Shown in pieces: positions 47,285 through 56,082 of a stretch of 60,570 nucleotides of DNA (its first letter is position 1; each line of letters opens with the position of its first letter). This DNA is from Spirochaetia bacterium (GTDB lineage Bacteria; Spirochaetota; Spirochaetia; CADAEX01). Below the pieces are notes generated by a model. The model had not been told where the DNA came from and made no database searches. It worked only from the letters and a program-made list of their open reading frames with translations. The position numbers and the translations under genes are program-made. Location of the stretch: NCBI GenBank assembly GCA_034003145.1, contig JAVEZE010000002.1:1-60570 (forward strand), in the 5' to 3' direction.

Positions 47285-48643
47285 TTAATTATTCATCTGG
47301 ATAAAATCAAGGAATTTAACTGTTTCTCCTGTTTTTATCACGCTGCTTTCAACCAGCATATCATAAGTCTTTCTTTCGATAAGAGAATGCTTTAAATAAT
47401 CGCTCATATTATTATCTTCAACGTATTTCTTGAATTCTTCTTCTCCCATTCCGCTTCTGGCTGCCTGTTTTTTCAATTCTTCTTCTATCTCTTCGTCAGA
47501 AGCTTCCAGCTTCTCCTTTTCCATGATTTTACCAACTATGAGCTGCCCTTTAACGCTTTTTAAAGCGGAGGGTCTCCATTCCTCAAGAAGGTCCTCTTTT
47601 GTCTTGTTCTGCATTTTGAGAATCTGAAGGACTTTGGCATCATCTCCGCCAAACTGATACAGAAAATTCTGCCAGGAATTTTCAAGTTCCTGTTCAACAA
47701 GAGTGGAAGGAACTTCAATGGTAGATGATTCAACTATTTTATCTATAATTTTTTGCTGTTTTAATGCTTTGAGCTTTGAGTCAATCATTGCGTTTTGTTT
47801 TTCTTTTATATCTTTCTTTAAATCATCAAGAGTTTTGTATTTTTCACTTATATCCTGCGCAAGCTCATCATCGATGGCAGGAAGCTGTTTTGACTTGATT
47901 CCTGTTACCTTGATTTTGACTTTAACCTTTTTACCGGCCAGTTCCCTGTATTCGAAGTCATCAGCAAATGTTTTTTCTACAGTTTTTTCTTCACCTGCTT
48001 TCATCCCTGTAACATCATCATCAATCTTATAATAGTTATATCCTGTTCCGACTGTGAAAGTGAAATCTTCCCGTGATGTCTCTGCAACAGGATCACCGTT
48101 TTCATCTATTTCGCAGTAGTTGATTGTCGCAACATCATTTTTCTCTACAGCACCCTCTTTTTTTTCTGTTACGACAGCATTTTGTTCCTGATATCTCTCA
48201 AGTTCCCTTTTTTCGTCTTCTTTTGAAATCTTTACTTTAGGAATCTCAATTTCTACCCCTTTATATTCCCCGAGTGTGATTTCAGGATATGTTTCATAGG
48301 TAACCTTGAAAACAAGATCCTTATCAAGATCTACAGTAAAAGAATCCTCGTCAACAAGTCTTGGCGTATAATAAGGAAGCGGTTTTTTTTCAACATCTTT
48401 TAAAACATCTTCAAGGCTTTTTTCAACCAGGTTATAACCTGATTCCATTTTCAGGCTGTCGCTGTATTTTCTCTCAAGAATGGCAGCAGGTACTTTGCCT
48501 TTCCTGAATCCCTTTACCTGTGCTGTTTTAGCGTATTTTCCCAATAGTTCATCATACTCTTTTTTGATTGATTCTTTTTCGATTGTTACGGAAAGTTCTA
48601 CAACTGAATTTTCCAGAGTTTTAATCTCTTTATTCTTGATCAC
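47285..48643 (-). CDS. tig: Trigger factor
   Basis: 452 aa. GFRKGKVPAAILE ribosome-binding motif. Lies upstream of clpP-clpX. GTG start with an AGAGGGA RBS. Confidence 0.9.
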   Translation of the reverse strand: MIKNKEIKTLENSVVELSVTIEKESIKKEYDELLGKYAKTAQVKGFRKGKVPAAILERKYSDSLKMESGYNLVEKSLEDVLKDVEKKPLPYYTPRLVDEDSFTVDLDKDLVFKVTYETYPEITLGEYKGVEIEIPKVKISKEDEKRELERYQEQNAVVTEKKEGAVEKNDVATINYCEIDENGDPVAETSREDFTFTVGTGYNYYKIDDDVTGMKAGEEKTVEKTFADDFEYRELAGKKVKVKIKVTGIKSKQLPAIDDELAQDISEKYKTLDDLKKDIKEKQNAMIDSKLKALKQQKIIDKIVESSTIEVPSTLVEQELENSWQNFLYQFGGDDAKVLQILKMQNKTKEDLLEEWRPSALKSVKGQLIVGKIMEKEKLEASDEEIEEELKKQAARSGMGEEEFKKYVEDNNMSDYLKHSLIERKTYDMLVESSVIKTGETVKFLDFIQMNN

Positions 48644-48807
48644 AATTTCCCTCTTTTCCTAAGTATTATAATGTCGGCGCTTATTACAGGCATATTATGC
48701 TTTGTAAAAAAATCGGCGGCCGTGACGGGAAAACCGAACATCTGATCAGAATCCCCATATTTTGCTGATATATATGAAAAGATATCAAAAGGGCGCTTTT
48801 TTGTATA

Positions 48808-48897
48808 TACCTGTGATGGGAATTGGAATACCTGTGTGAGGCATTGGATTACCTGTGACTGGTGTTGGAATCCTGTGTGAGGCATTGGAGTGCCTGA
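48808..48897. repeat. Four tandem degenerate 21-bp repeats upstream of tig
   Basis: Units TACCTGTGATGGGAATTGGAA / TACCTGTGTGAGGCATTGGAT / TACCTGTGACTGGTGTTGGAA / TCCTGTGTGAGGCATTGGAG, then a partial TGCCTGA. Confidence 0.8.
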
Positions 48898-48946
48898 ACT
48901 TCAGCAGATGAGATAGCGGCAATAAGGCAGAAAGTCAAAAAAACGT

Positions 48947-48997
<51 letters not shown>

Positions 48998-49011
48998 ATA
49001 AAATAAACAAA

Positions 49012-49083
49012 AGCGGGAGACGAGGCTTGAACTCGCGACGTCCACCTTGGCAAGGTGGCGCTCTACCACTGAGCTACTCCCGC
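49012..49083 (-). tRNA. tRNA-Gly (anticodon GCC)
   Basis: Reverse complement GCGGGAGTAGCTCAGTGGTAGAGCG CCACC TTGCCAA GGTGG ... TTCAAGC ... CTCCCGCT folds as a 72-nt cloverleaf. Confidence 0.85.
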
Positions 49084-49110
49084 AGATAAATCATTTCCTT
49101 CCCTGCTTAT

Positions 49111-49192
49111 TGCGAGAGAAGGGACTTGAACCCTTAAACCCGAAGGCACCAGATCCTAAGTCTGGCGTGTCTGCCAATTTCACCACTCTCGC
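49111..49192 (-). tRNA. tRNA-Leu (anticodon TAG)
   Basis: Reverse complement GCGAGAGTGGTGAAATTGGCAGACACG CCAGA CTTAGGA TCTGG, plus a long variable arm and GGGTTCAAGTCCC; 82 nt. Confidence 0.85.
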
Positions 49193-49275
49193 ATTTTATA
49201 ACATGTTAACAGAAAATATGTCAATAGAAAACTGTAGTCTGCGTGACTGCAGAAAATAACAATTTCTGTAAAAAA

Positions 49276-49348
49276 TGAGCCGTGAAGGGATCGAACCTTC
49301 GACCCGCAGATTAAGAGTCTGCTGCTCTACCATCTGAGCTAACGGCCC
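49276..49348 (-). tRNA. tRNA-Lys (anticodon CTT)
   Basis: Reverse complement GGGCCGTTAGCTCAGATGGTAGAGCA GCAGA CTCTTAA TCTGC ... GGTTCGATCC ... ACGGCTCA. Confidence 0.85.
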
Positions 49349-49360
49349 CAATTAAAAACA

Positions 49361-49434
<74 letters not shown>

Positions 49435-49445
49435 CAGAAATAAAG

Positions 49446-49518
49446 GGTGGATGACGGGGCTCGAACCCGCAACAGCTGGAACCACAATCCAGTGCTCTAC
49501 CATTGAACTACATCCACC
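49446..49518 (-). tRNA. tRNA-His (anticodon GTG)
   Basis: Reverse complement G-GTGGATGTAGTTCAATGGTAGAGCA CTGGA TTGTGGT TCCAG ... GGTTCGAGCC ... CATCCACC. The extra 5' G(-1) and C73 discriminator are typical of tRNA-His. Confidence 0.85.
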
Positions 49519-49601
49519 ATCACTTTCGGTATAGTAATATGGAGGATTTATCCTGTTTTGTCAAGAACTACTCTTTTCCATGAACTGCACTTTTCCGGTA
49601 C

Positions 49602-51812
49602 TTAATCTTTTAAGGCAGATACAAAGAGGTAAACGCTTTTCCATTTAACCTCTCTCCCTGCAAGTTTTTTTATTGTTTCACCTTTGATTTTATTGTAAAG
49701 CGCATCCCCTGTTGAAGCGGAAAGGAGACTGCCGTAGCTGCCGGGTTTTTCAATATTAAACCATTTTTCAATATCAGAAATCTGGATAAAGCGGGTTTCA
49801 AACCATGTTTTTTCCCTGCTGCGGATCTCCCTGAATCCGCTGGCAGAAAAAAGATCTCTAATATAATCTTCATTTAATCCAGTAATATTACTGGTTTTTT
49901 CTTTATATACCGCTTCCTCAGCTTTGACAAATTCCTCCATCTCTTTATCATCAAGCAAAGATGTCTCAAGAAACTGTGAAATCCTTGAAGACTTTGATAC
50001 AAGATTTTCCGCAAGAGAAACTCTTCCGCCTGTATCAAGAATTGAGAAAAACCCGTCTGCGAGGATAGCTCTGTCGTTGGAGCGGAGAAATATGTTTTTC
50101 CCTGTAATAATATCAAAAATACCAGGTTCTGCTTCGTTTTCAATATATTCTGCGAGATTGTTTTCTATAAGAACAGGTTTTTCTGTCTCTTCTACAGGCA
50201 GTGGAGATTTTTCAATTATTTCTATGTCTGCGGGGTTTTCGCTGATGAAAAAGACACCCCCTTCCGGAACAAGCCTTAACCCTTCCCATACAAGAAGTCC
50301 CCTGTCCGCCGATGCCACAAGAATCCTGTCATACCTCCTTATTTTTATCTGCGAGTATATTTCTTCCCTGATTGCGGAGAGAATAACGTTTTTGTTATCT
50401 GAAACCCTTTTCAGCCATGCATCCTTTTTTTTGTCTTGCGGTGAAAAAGTCAGGATCTCCTCATCAGAGTCTTCTCTTTCAACCTGCGCCGCAAGCTGCA
50501 CCTCTCTTCTGCGGGAAAGCTCATTTTTAAGTTCCGCCTCAAAACCGATATCGCCGGGTTTATAGAATATCCTCCCTTTAAGCGCTTCAGGAAGATATTG
50601 CTGTGCTACCCAATGGTCCCTGTAGGCGTGGGGGTAAAGATAGTTTTTCCCGTGCCCGAAACTTTCTTTATCTCTGGATGGATCTTTAAGGTTTACAGGG
50701 ACACTGCTTTGTTTATCCTCTCTCACAGCTTCAAGCGCGTCAAAGAAAGAGAGAGCTGTGTTGGATTTTTTGGCACAGGCAAGGTAAAGCGCGGTTTCTG
50801 CCAGGATAAGCTGTCCTTCCGGCATTCCTATCCTCTCGTAAGCCTGCGCCGCGGCATTTACAAAAACAAGAGCGTTTGGATCTGCAAGCCCAATATCCTC
50901 CGCCGCTGAGATTATCATTCTTCTGAGTATGAATCTGGGATCCTCTCCAGCATCTATCATCCTTGCCATCCAGAAAAGAGCGGCATCCGGGTCAGAGCCT
51001 CTTATTGATTTGATAAAAGCGCTGATAGTATCAAAGTGATAATCCCCCTCTTTGTCATAAAGCAGTACCTTTTTCTGTATACTCTCCTCTGCTGTTTCCT
51101 TTGTTACATATATTAAGTGTCCCTCTGGCGGAGGAAACTCTTCCGGTGTTGTCTCAATTGAAAGTTCAAGAGCGTTGAGCATGCTTCTTGCATCCCCGTT
51201 TGCGATATCAGCAAGATGTTCAAGCGATCCTTTTTCAAACTCAATTTTATAATTTCCATAACCTTTTTCTGTGTCAGCTATTGCTTTTTCAGCTGCCCTT
51301 AGCAGATCCTCTTTTGTAAGGGGGAGCAGCTGAAATATCCTGCTCCTGCTTACAAGGGCGGAATTGACTTCATATAATGGATTTTCAGTTGTCGCCCCGA
51401 TAAGGATAAAGGTTCCGTTCTCCACCCATGGCAGGAGCGCGTCCTGCTGGGCCTTGTTCCACCTGTGCACCTCATCTACAAAGAGTATTGTCTTCTGGTT
51501 GTATAACTCAAGCTTCTTTTTGGCTTCAATAATAGCTTCCCGTATTTCTTTTACTCCGGAAAGGACCGCATTAATTGTAATAAAAGCGCTCTTTGTTGTT
51601 TTCGCGATTATCCGCGCCAGTGTTGTTTTTCCTGTTCCCGGAGGGCCGTAGAAGATAAGGGAAGATAACTGGTCTGCCTGTATTGCCCGCCGCAGAAGTC
51701 TCCCTTTTCCCACAAGATGCTCCTGGCCGATGAAATCATCCAGATTCTCCGGGCGCATCCTTGCAGCCAGAGGCAGTGCTGTCGGGTTTGCTGATGCCAT
51801 AAATAAGTCCAT
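49602..51812 (-). CDS. rarA: Replication-associated recombination protein RarA/MgsA fused to a C-terminal extension of about 290 aa (methyltransferase-fold-like)
   Basis: LAARMRPENLDDFIGQEHL, Walker A GPPGTGKTT, VDEVHRWNK and ARMIDAGEDPRFILRR are RarA hallmarks. The start is probably ATG 51812 or 51800, not 51992. Confidence 0.8.
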   Translation of the reverse strand: MDLFMASANPTALPLAARMRPENLDDFIGQEHLVGKGRLLRRAIQADQLSSLIFYGPPGTGKTTLARIIAKTTKSAFITINAVLSGVKEIREAIIEAKKKLELYNQKTILFVDEVHRWNKAQQDALLPWVENGTFILIGATTENPLYEVNSALVSRSRIFQLLPLTKEDLLRAAEKAIADTEKGYGNYKIEFEKGSLEHLADIANGDARSMLNALELSIETTPEEFPPPEGHLIYVTKETAEESIQKKVLLYDKEGDYHFDTISAFIKSIRGSDPDAALFWMARMIDAGEDPRFILRRMIISAAEDIGLADPNALVFVNAAAQAYERIGMPEGQLILAETALYLACAKKSNTALSFFDALEAVREDKQSSVPVNLKDPSRDKESFGHGKNYLYPHAYRDHWVAQQYLPEALKGRIFYKPGDIGFEAELKNELSRRREVQLAAQVEREDSDEEILTFSPQDKKKDAWLKRVSDNKNVILSAIREEIYSQIKIRRYDRILVASADRGLLVWEGLRLVPEGGVFFISENPADIEIIEKSPLPVEETEKPVLIENNLAEYIENEAEPGIFDIITGKNIFLRSNDRAILADGFFSILDTGGRVSLAENLVSKSSRISQFLETSLLDDKEMEEFVKAEEAVYKEKTSNITGLNEDYIRDLFSASGFREIRSREKTWFETRFIQISDIEKWFNIEKPGSYGSLLSASTGDALYNKIKGETIKKLAGREVKWKSVYLFVSALKD

Positions 51813-52248
51813 GAGGAAAGTATAAGCTAAAAAGGGATTTTCTGTAAGATTTATAACTGAAGTGATTAAGGATATTGATATTCCTGATTTCACCTGGCAG
51901 ATTTTTCTGAAACAAAAAAATCTGCAATTTTTAGAAATTTTTTTGAAAAATATTTGGGCAAAAAGGGAGAGAAAATTTTCTGTTTTTAACATTTATTTGA
52001 TAGATCAGGTTTAACAAGTGAAAATATCAGTAAAAAAGCATATTAATCTGAAAAATATCAAATAAAAACTCTTTTATTGTGAATGCAATAACATATAAAT
52101 AGCTTATTTATTTTATATTGCTACGTACGTTGTTATTAAAATATTATTTTACTATTAATGTTACGTGAGTTACAATAAAAGATGCGGGAATCGAAAGAAT
52201 TTTAATCTTTTTTTCTATTTCCGGAAATAACGGCCAATTAGGGGGTTT

Positions 52249-52857
52249 GTGAAAATGAAGACCGAACTTGATGAAGTCAAAAAAGAAACCGCACAGTGTT
52301 CCTGCGGCGAGGATGAAGAATCTTTATATCCAGGGCTTGATGTGGTTATAGACGGGTTTATCGGAGTACCGGGTGCTCTTATACCTGTGCTGCAGTCTGC
52401 TCAAAATATTTTTGAATATCTGCCTGAAAAAGCTTTGAAGCATATCAGCAGGAGAATGAAAATACCATACAGCGAAGTAACAGGGGTTGTTACTTTTTAT
52501 TCATATTTTTCAACTGTTCCCCGCGGAAAACATATTATAAGGGTTTGTCTCGGTACTTCCTGTTATGTAAGAGGCGGAAAAGCAGTTCTTGAGGCAATCC
52601 AGAATAAACTTTCAATTCCGGTAGGCGGAACTACTGTAGACAGGATGTTTTCGCTCGAAGTAGGAAGGTGCTTCGGGGCATGCGGGCTTGCCCCGACAAT
52701 ATCGATTGATGGAAAAGTCTATAAGAGGGTAAAACCGACTAAAGTCGGCGAAATACTGGAACCTTTTTATGCGGAAGCTGAGGCTGAGGTGAACGCGGAA
52801 ACAGGGACAAACATGGAAACAGGGACAACCGCGTATGCGCAAAGTGAGGTGGTATAA
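52249..52857 (+). CDS. NuoE/HydC-like thioredoxin-fold [2Fe-2S] subunit
   Basis: IPVLQSAQ...VCLGTSCYVRGG...GRCFGACGLAP is the NuoE-type cysteine pattern. The C-terminal tail is acidic and Thr-rich. Confidence 0.85.
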   Translation: MKMKTELDEVKKETAQCSCGEDEESLYPGLDVVIDGFIGVPGALIPVLQSAQNIFEYLPEKALKHISRRMKIPYSEVTGVVTFYSYFSTVPRGKHIIRVCLGTSCYVRGGKAVLEAIQNKLSIPVGGTTVDRMFSLEVGRCFGACGLAPTISIDGKVYKRVKPTKVGEILEPFYAEAEAEVNAETGTNMETGTTAYAQSEVV

Positions 52858-55800
52858 ATGAGTAATGAAAAAAAACCCAGAAAAAAAATTACCTCATTGG
52901 AAGATCTTGAAAAAATCAAAAACGATTCGCTGAAAAGAATAGCGGTAAGACTTGAGGACCCGGCTTCCAAAGGACTGCCTGGTGAGACACCTTTTCATAT
53001 TATGTTCTGTTTTGGGACTGCATGTCTTTCATCAGGTGCTGCTTTTGTAAAAAAAGCTTTTGTGGAAAGCCTTGAGAAAAACAAAATTGCAGATAAAGTT
53101 ACACTTGTTGAAACAGGCTGTAACGGATTCTGCGCCGGCGGGCCGATTGTTGTAGTATATCCGGGCGGCTACTTCTATCAGAAGGTAGGGCCTGAAGATA
53201 CTGCTGAAATTGTAGAGAGCCATCTTGTAAAGGGAAAACCAGTAAAAAGACTGATGTTTCAAAATCCTGTTAACGGTGAAGTTATACCAAAATACAAGGA
53301 TATATACTTTTTCGCGCTTCAGAATTTACGGGTGCTTCATAATAAGGGTATTATCTCTGCAACCAATATAGAGGATTATATTGCGCGGGACGGTTATTTC
53401 GGATTTTATAAAGCGCTCAAAAACCTAAAGCCTGAGGGGGTGATTGAAGAGATTATTGCCTCGGGACTGAGGGGAAGAGGAGGGGCAGGATTTGCTACCG
53501 GCCTTAAGTGGAAATTCTGCAGCAAGGCAGTAAGTGATAAAAAATACATTATCTGCAATGCTGATGAAGGGGATCCCGGCGCATTCATGGACAGAAGTAT
53601 CCTTGAGGCAGACCCCCATGCAGTGCTTGAAGGAATGATGATAGGAGCCAGCGCGATAGGCGCTGATACAGGCTACATCTACTGCAGGGCTGAATATCCT
53701 CTTGCTCTTCAAAGGCTTGAGCATGCAATCAACGAATGCCGCGAACTGGGGTTGTTTGGGAAGAATATTCTGGGCACGAACTTTTCATTTGATGTAAAGA
53801 TAGCTCAAGGGTCAGGCGCTTTTGTCTGCGGAGAAGAGACCGCTCTTATGCGGTCTATAGAGGGAAAAAGGGGAGAGCCCCGGCCCAGGCCGCCGTTCCC
53901 TGCTGTTAAAGGACTTTTTGATAAGCCTTCAGTTTTAAATAATGTTGAAACATTCGGCAATATTCCGCTTATTATTTTGAACGGCGCGCAGTGGTTTAAA
54001 AGTATTGGAACTGAAAAGTCTCCAGGGACAAAGATTTTCGCTCTTACCGGTAATGTAAACAATATCGGCCTTGTCGAAGTAAATATGGGAACGCCTCTTG
54101 GAGATATAATCTATGAAATCGGCGGGGGAATCCCAAACGGGAAAAAATTCAAGGCAGCGCAGATAGGAGGCCCATCAGGCGGCTGTATTACAAAGGCGCA
54201 TCTTAATATGCCGGTTGACTATGAGTCAGTAGTTGAACTGGGCGCCATAATGGGCTCAGGCGGCCTTATTGTAATGGATGAAGATACATGCATGGTTGAT
54301 ATGGCAAGATTTTTCCTTGAATTTATCCAGGAAGAATCGTGCGGAAAATGTGTCCCGTGCCGTGTCGGAACCAAAAGAATGCTTGAGATTGTTACCAGAA
54401 TATGCGAAGGAAAGGGAGAGCTTGAAGATATTGAAAGGCTTGTCATACTTGGAAACCAGATCAAGGATACTGCATTATGCGGACTTGGGCAGACAGCCCC
54501 GAATCCGGTTCTCTCGACTATAAGATATTTCCGGGATGAGTATGAGGCCCATATCCTTGAAAAAAGATGCCCTGCCGGCATATGTCCAAGCCTTGTAAGA
54601 GCCCCGTGTCAGAGCGGATGTCCCGCAAAAGTGGATATCCCTTCATTTGTCGCGCTCACAGGTGAAAAAAGATATGCTGAAGCTCTTCAGGTGCACAGAA
54701 ACAGAAATCCCTTTGCAGCAATATGCGCAAGGGTATGTTTTCATACCTGTGAGGAGAAATGCAAGAGAGCTGCTCTTGATGAATCTGTTTCAATCCGGGG
54801 AGTAAAAAGATTTCTTGTTGATCAGGAAGTTATTATTCAAAAACCTGAAAGCAGGGAAAGCGAGCGCAACGCGAAAAGAAAAATAGCAATTATCGGAGCA
54901 GGGCCCGCAGGTCTTTCCTGCGGCTTTTTCCTTGCCCGTCTTGGATACAAACCCAGGGTGTTTGAATCGGAACTGAGGCCTGGTGGGATGCTTGTTCAGA
55001 CTATTCCGTCTTACCGCCTTCCGAGGGAAACTCTTGCCCGCGAGATAAGAATGATAGAACAGCTTGGTGTCGAGATCGAAACAGGAGTATCACTTGGCAA
55101 GGATTTTACGTTGAAGAGCCTTGCCGATGAGGGATATGAGGCAATATTTATGGGGGTCGGAGCTCCGGATTCAATAACACTCGGGCTGCTTGGAGAAGAA
55201 GCAGATAACGTTACTGACGCGATTCCGTTCCTGAAACAGTATAATATAAGGGGTTCAGTCCCGGTTGGAAAGAATGTAATTGTTATCGGCGGCGGTAACG
55301 CCGCAATTGATGCCGCAAGAACCGCGCTGCGCCTCGGTTCTGAAAGTGTCAAGGTTATTTACAGGAGAAGCCAGGGCGAAATGCCGGCTTATGATGAAGA
55401 GATTGAAGAAGCTCTCTCTGAGGGTGTTGTTCTGATGACGCTGACACAGCCGGTTGAGGTTATCAAAAATGAAAAAGGGCTTGCATCAGGCTTGCGGTGC
55501 ATTCCAATGAAACTTGGCGAATATGACAGGACAGGGAGAAGAAGACCGACTGAAAAAGAGGGCGAAACATTTATTCTTGATGCTGACCAGATAATTATCG
55601 CGATTGGGCAGAAACTTAAATCAGAAAAACTGCTTGGAGATACAAAACCGGTTCTAACCAAACAGGGATTTATTCAAACCAACCCTGTTACAGGGCAGAC
55701 AAGCCTTCCGTGGCTTTTTGCCGGAGGCGATAACGCAACCGGCCCTGCCTCTGTGGTAAACGCCATTGCCGGCGGAGAGCGGGCAGCTGTAGGGATTCAT

Positions 55801-56082
55801 GACTATCTTCTCGGAGAAGGTGCCCCGTTCTGGAGAGAGGAACAGATAATAGATATGGAATATGATCCTGATGCTGACCCTGTTCCATATCCGAGGGAAA
55901 AAACCAGATCAATCGCTGTCGAGCGGAGAAGGCATAATTTCGATGAGGTAGAGCTGGCGTGGAATGAAAGTGTCGCGGTAAGGCAGTGCAAAAGATGCTT
56001 AAGGTGCGACTACGGTAAAGTTCAAGGCCCGCTTGTAGAAACAAGCGTACAGGTTGTAAGGGAGGTACCAATAAATGCCTAA
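52858..56082 (+). CDS. Fusion protein: [2Fe-2S] domain + NuoF/HydB-like FMN/NADH flavoprotein + GltD/NfnB-like FAD/NADPH oxidoreductase
   Basis: NuoF part: GLRGRGGAGFATGLKW, CNADEGDPGAFMDR, ESCGKCVPCRVG. GltD part from about 54568: APCQSGCPAKVDIP, NPFAAICARVCFHTCEEKC, IAIIGAGPAGLSCG, VIVIGGGNAAIDAART, and the C-terminal CKRCLRCD. Confidence 0.85.
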   Translation: MSNEKKPRKKITSLEDLEKIKNDSLKRIAVRLEDPASKGLPGETPFHIMFCFGTACLSSGAAFVKKAFVESLEKNKIADKVTLVETGCNGFCAGGPIVVVYPGGYFYQKVGPEDTAEIVESHLVKGKPVKRLMFQNPVNGEVIPKYKDIYFFALQNLRVLHNKGIISATNIEDYIARDGYFGFYKALKNLKPEGVIEEIIASGLRGRGGAGFATGLKWKFCSKAVSDKKYIICNADEGDPGAFMDRSILEADPHAVLEGMMIGASAIGADTGYIYCRAEYPLALQRLEHAINECRELGLFGKNILGTNFSFDVKIAQGSGAFVCGEETALMRSIEGKRGEPRPRPPFPAVKGLFDKPSVLNNVETFGNIPLIILNGAQWFKSIGTEKSPGTKIFALTGNVNNIGLVEVNMGTPLGDIIYEIGGGIPNGKKFKAAQIGGPSGGCITKAHLNMPVDYESVVELGAIMGSGGLIVMDEDTCMVDMARFFLEFIQEESCGKCVPCRVGTKRMLEIVTRICEGKGELEDIERLVILGNQIKDTALCGLGQTAPNPVLSTIRYFRDEYEAHILEKRCPAGICPSLVRAPCQSGCPAKVDIPSFVALTGEKRYAEALQVHRNRNPFAAICARVCFHTCEEKCKRAALDESVSIRGVKRFLVDQEVIIQKPESRESERNAKRKIAIIGAGPAGLSCGFFLARLGYKPRVFESELRPGGMLVQTIPSYRLPRETLAREIRMIEQLGVEIETGVSLGKDFTLKSLADEGYEAIFMGVGAPDSITLGLLGEEADNVTDAIPFLKQYNIRGSVPVGKNVIVIGGGNAAIDAARTALRLGSESVKVIYRRSQGEMPAYDEEIEEALSEGVVLMTLTQPVEVIKNEKGLASGLRCIPMKLGEYDRTGRRRPTEKEGETFILDADQIIIAIGQKLKSEKLLGDTKPVLTKQGFIQTNPVTGQTSLPWLFAGGDNATGPASVVNAIAGGERAAVGIHDYLLGEGAPFWREEQIIDMEYDPDADPVPYPREKTRSIAVERRRHNFDEVELAWNESVAVRQCKRCLRCDYGKVQGPLVETSVQVVREVPINA

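Noticed and set aside
48640-48885. 81-aa minus-strand ORF covering the 21-bp repeats and ending in a GTGA overlap with the tig start, a possible leader peptide.
   Set aside because: It has no convincing RBS, and its sequence is simply the translated repeat array (QHQSQVIQCLTQVFQFPSQV). It is more likely chance. I report the repeats as DNA elements instead.
48808-48897. Tandem repeats considered as a mini-CRISPR array.
   Set aside because: The units abut with no spacers, are only 21 bp and degenerate, and no cas genes are present in the window.
51813-51992. Long N-terminal extensions in the track ORFs: 60 extra codons on rarA, and similar at 9800, 15671, 20767, 25477 and 34395.
   Set aside because: Family N-termini, signal peptides or RBS positions support internal starts. 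The extensions overlap neighbouring genes or AT-rich promoter DNA.
52077-52094. TTGTGAATGCAATAACAT upstream of the NuoE-like gene, considered as a Rex (NADH/NAD+ sensor) operator.
   Set aside because: Only the left half-site (TTGTGAA) matches the TTGTGAA-N4-TTCACAA consensus I recall. The right half matches 3-4 of 7 positions in very AT-rich DNA, which is not enough to call.
52797-52828. An in-frame near-tandem duplication GGAAACAGGGACAA (52797-52810 and 52815-52828), encoding ETGTNM/ETGTTA in the C-terminal tail of the NuoE-like protein.
   Set aside because: It is a short slippage-type duplication in a low-complexity tail beyond the folded domain, and unlikely to matter functionally.
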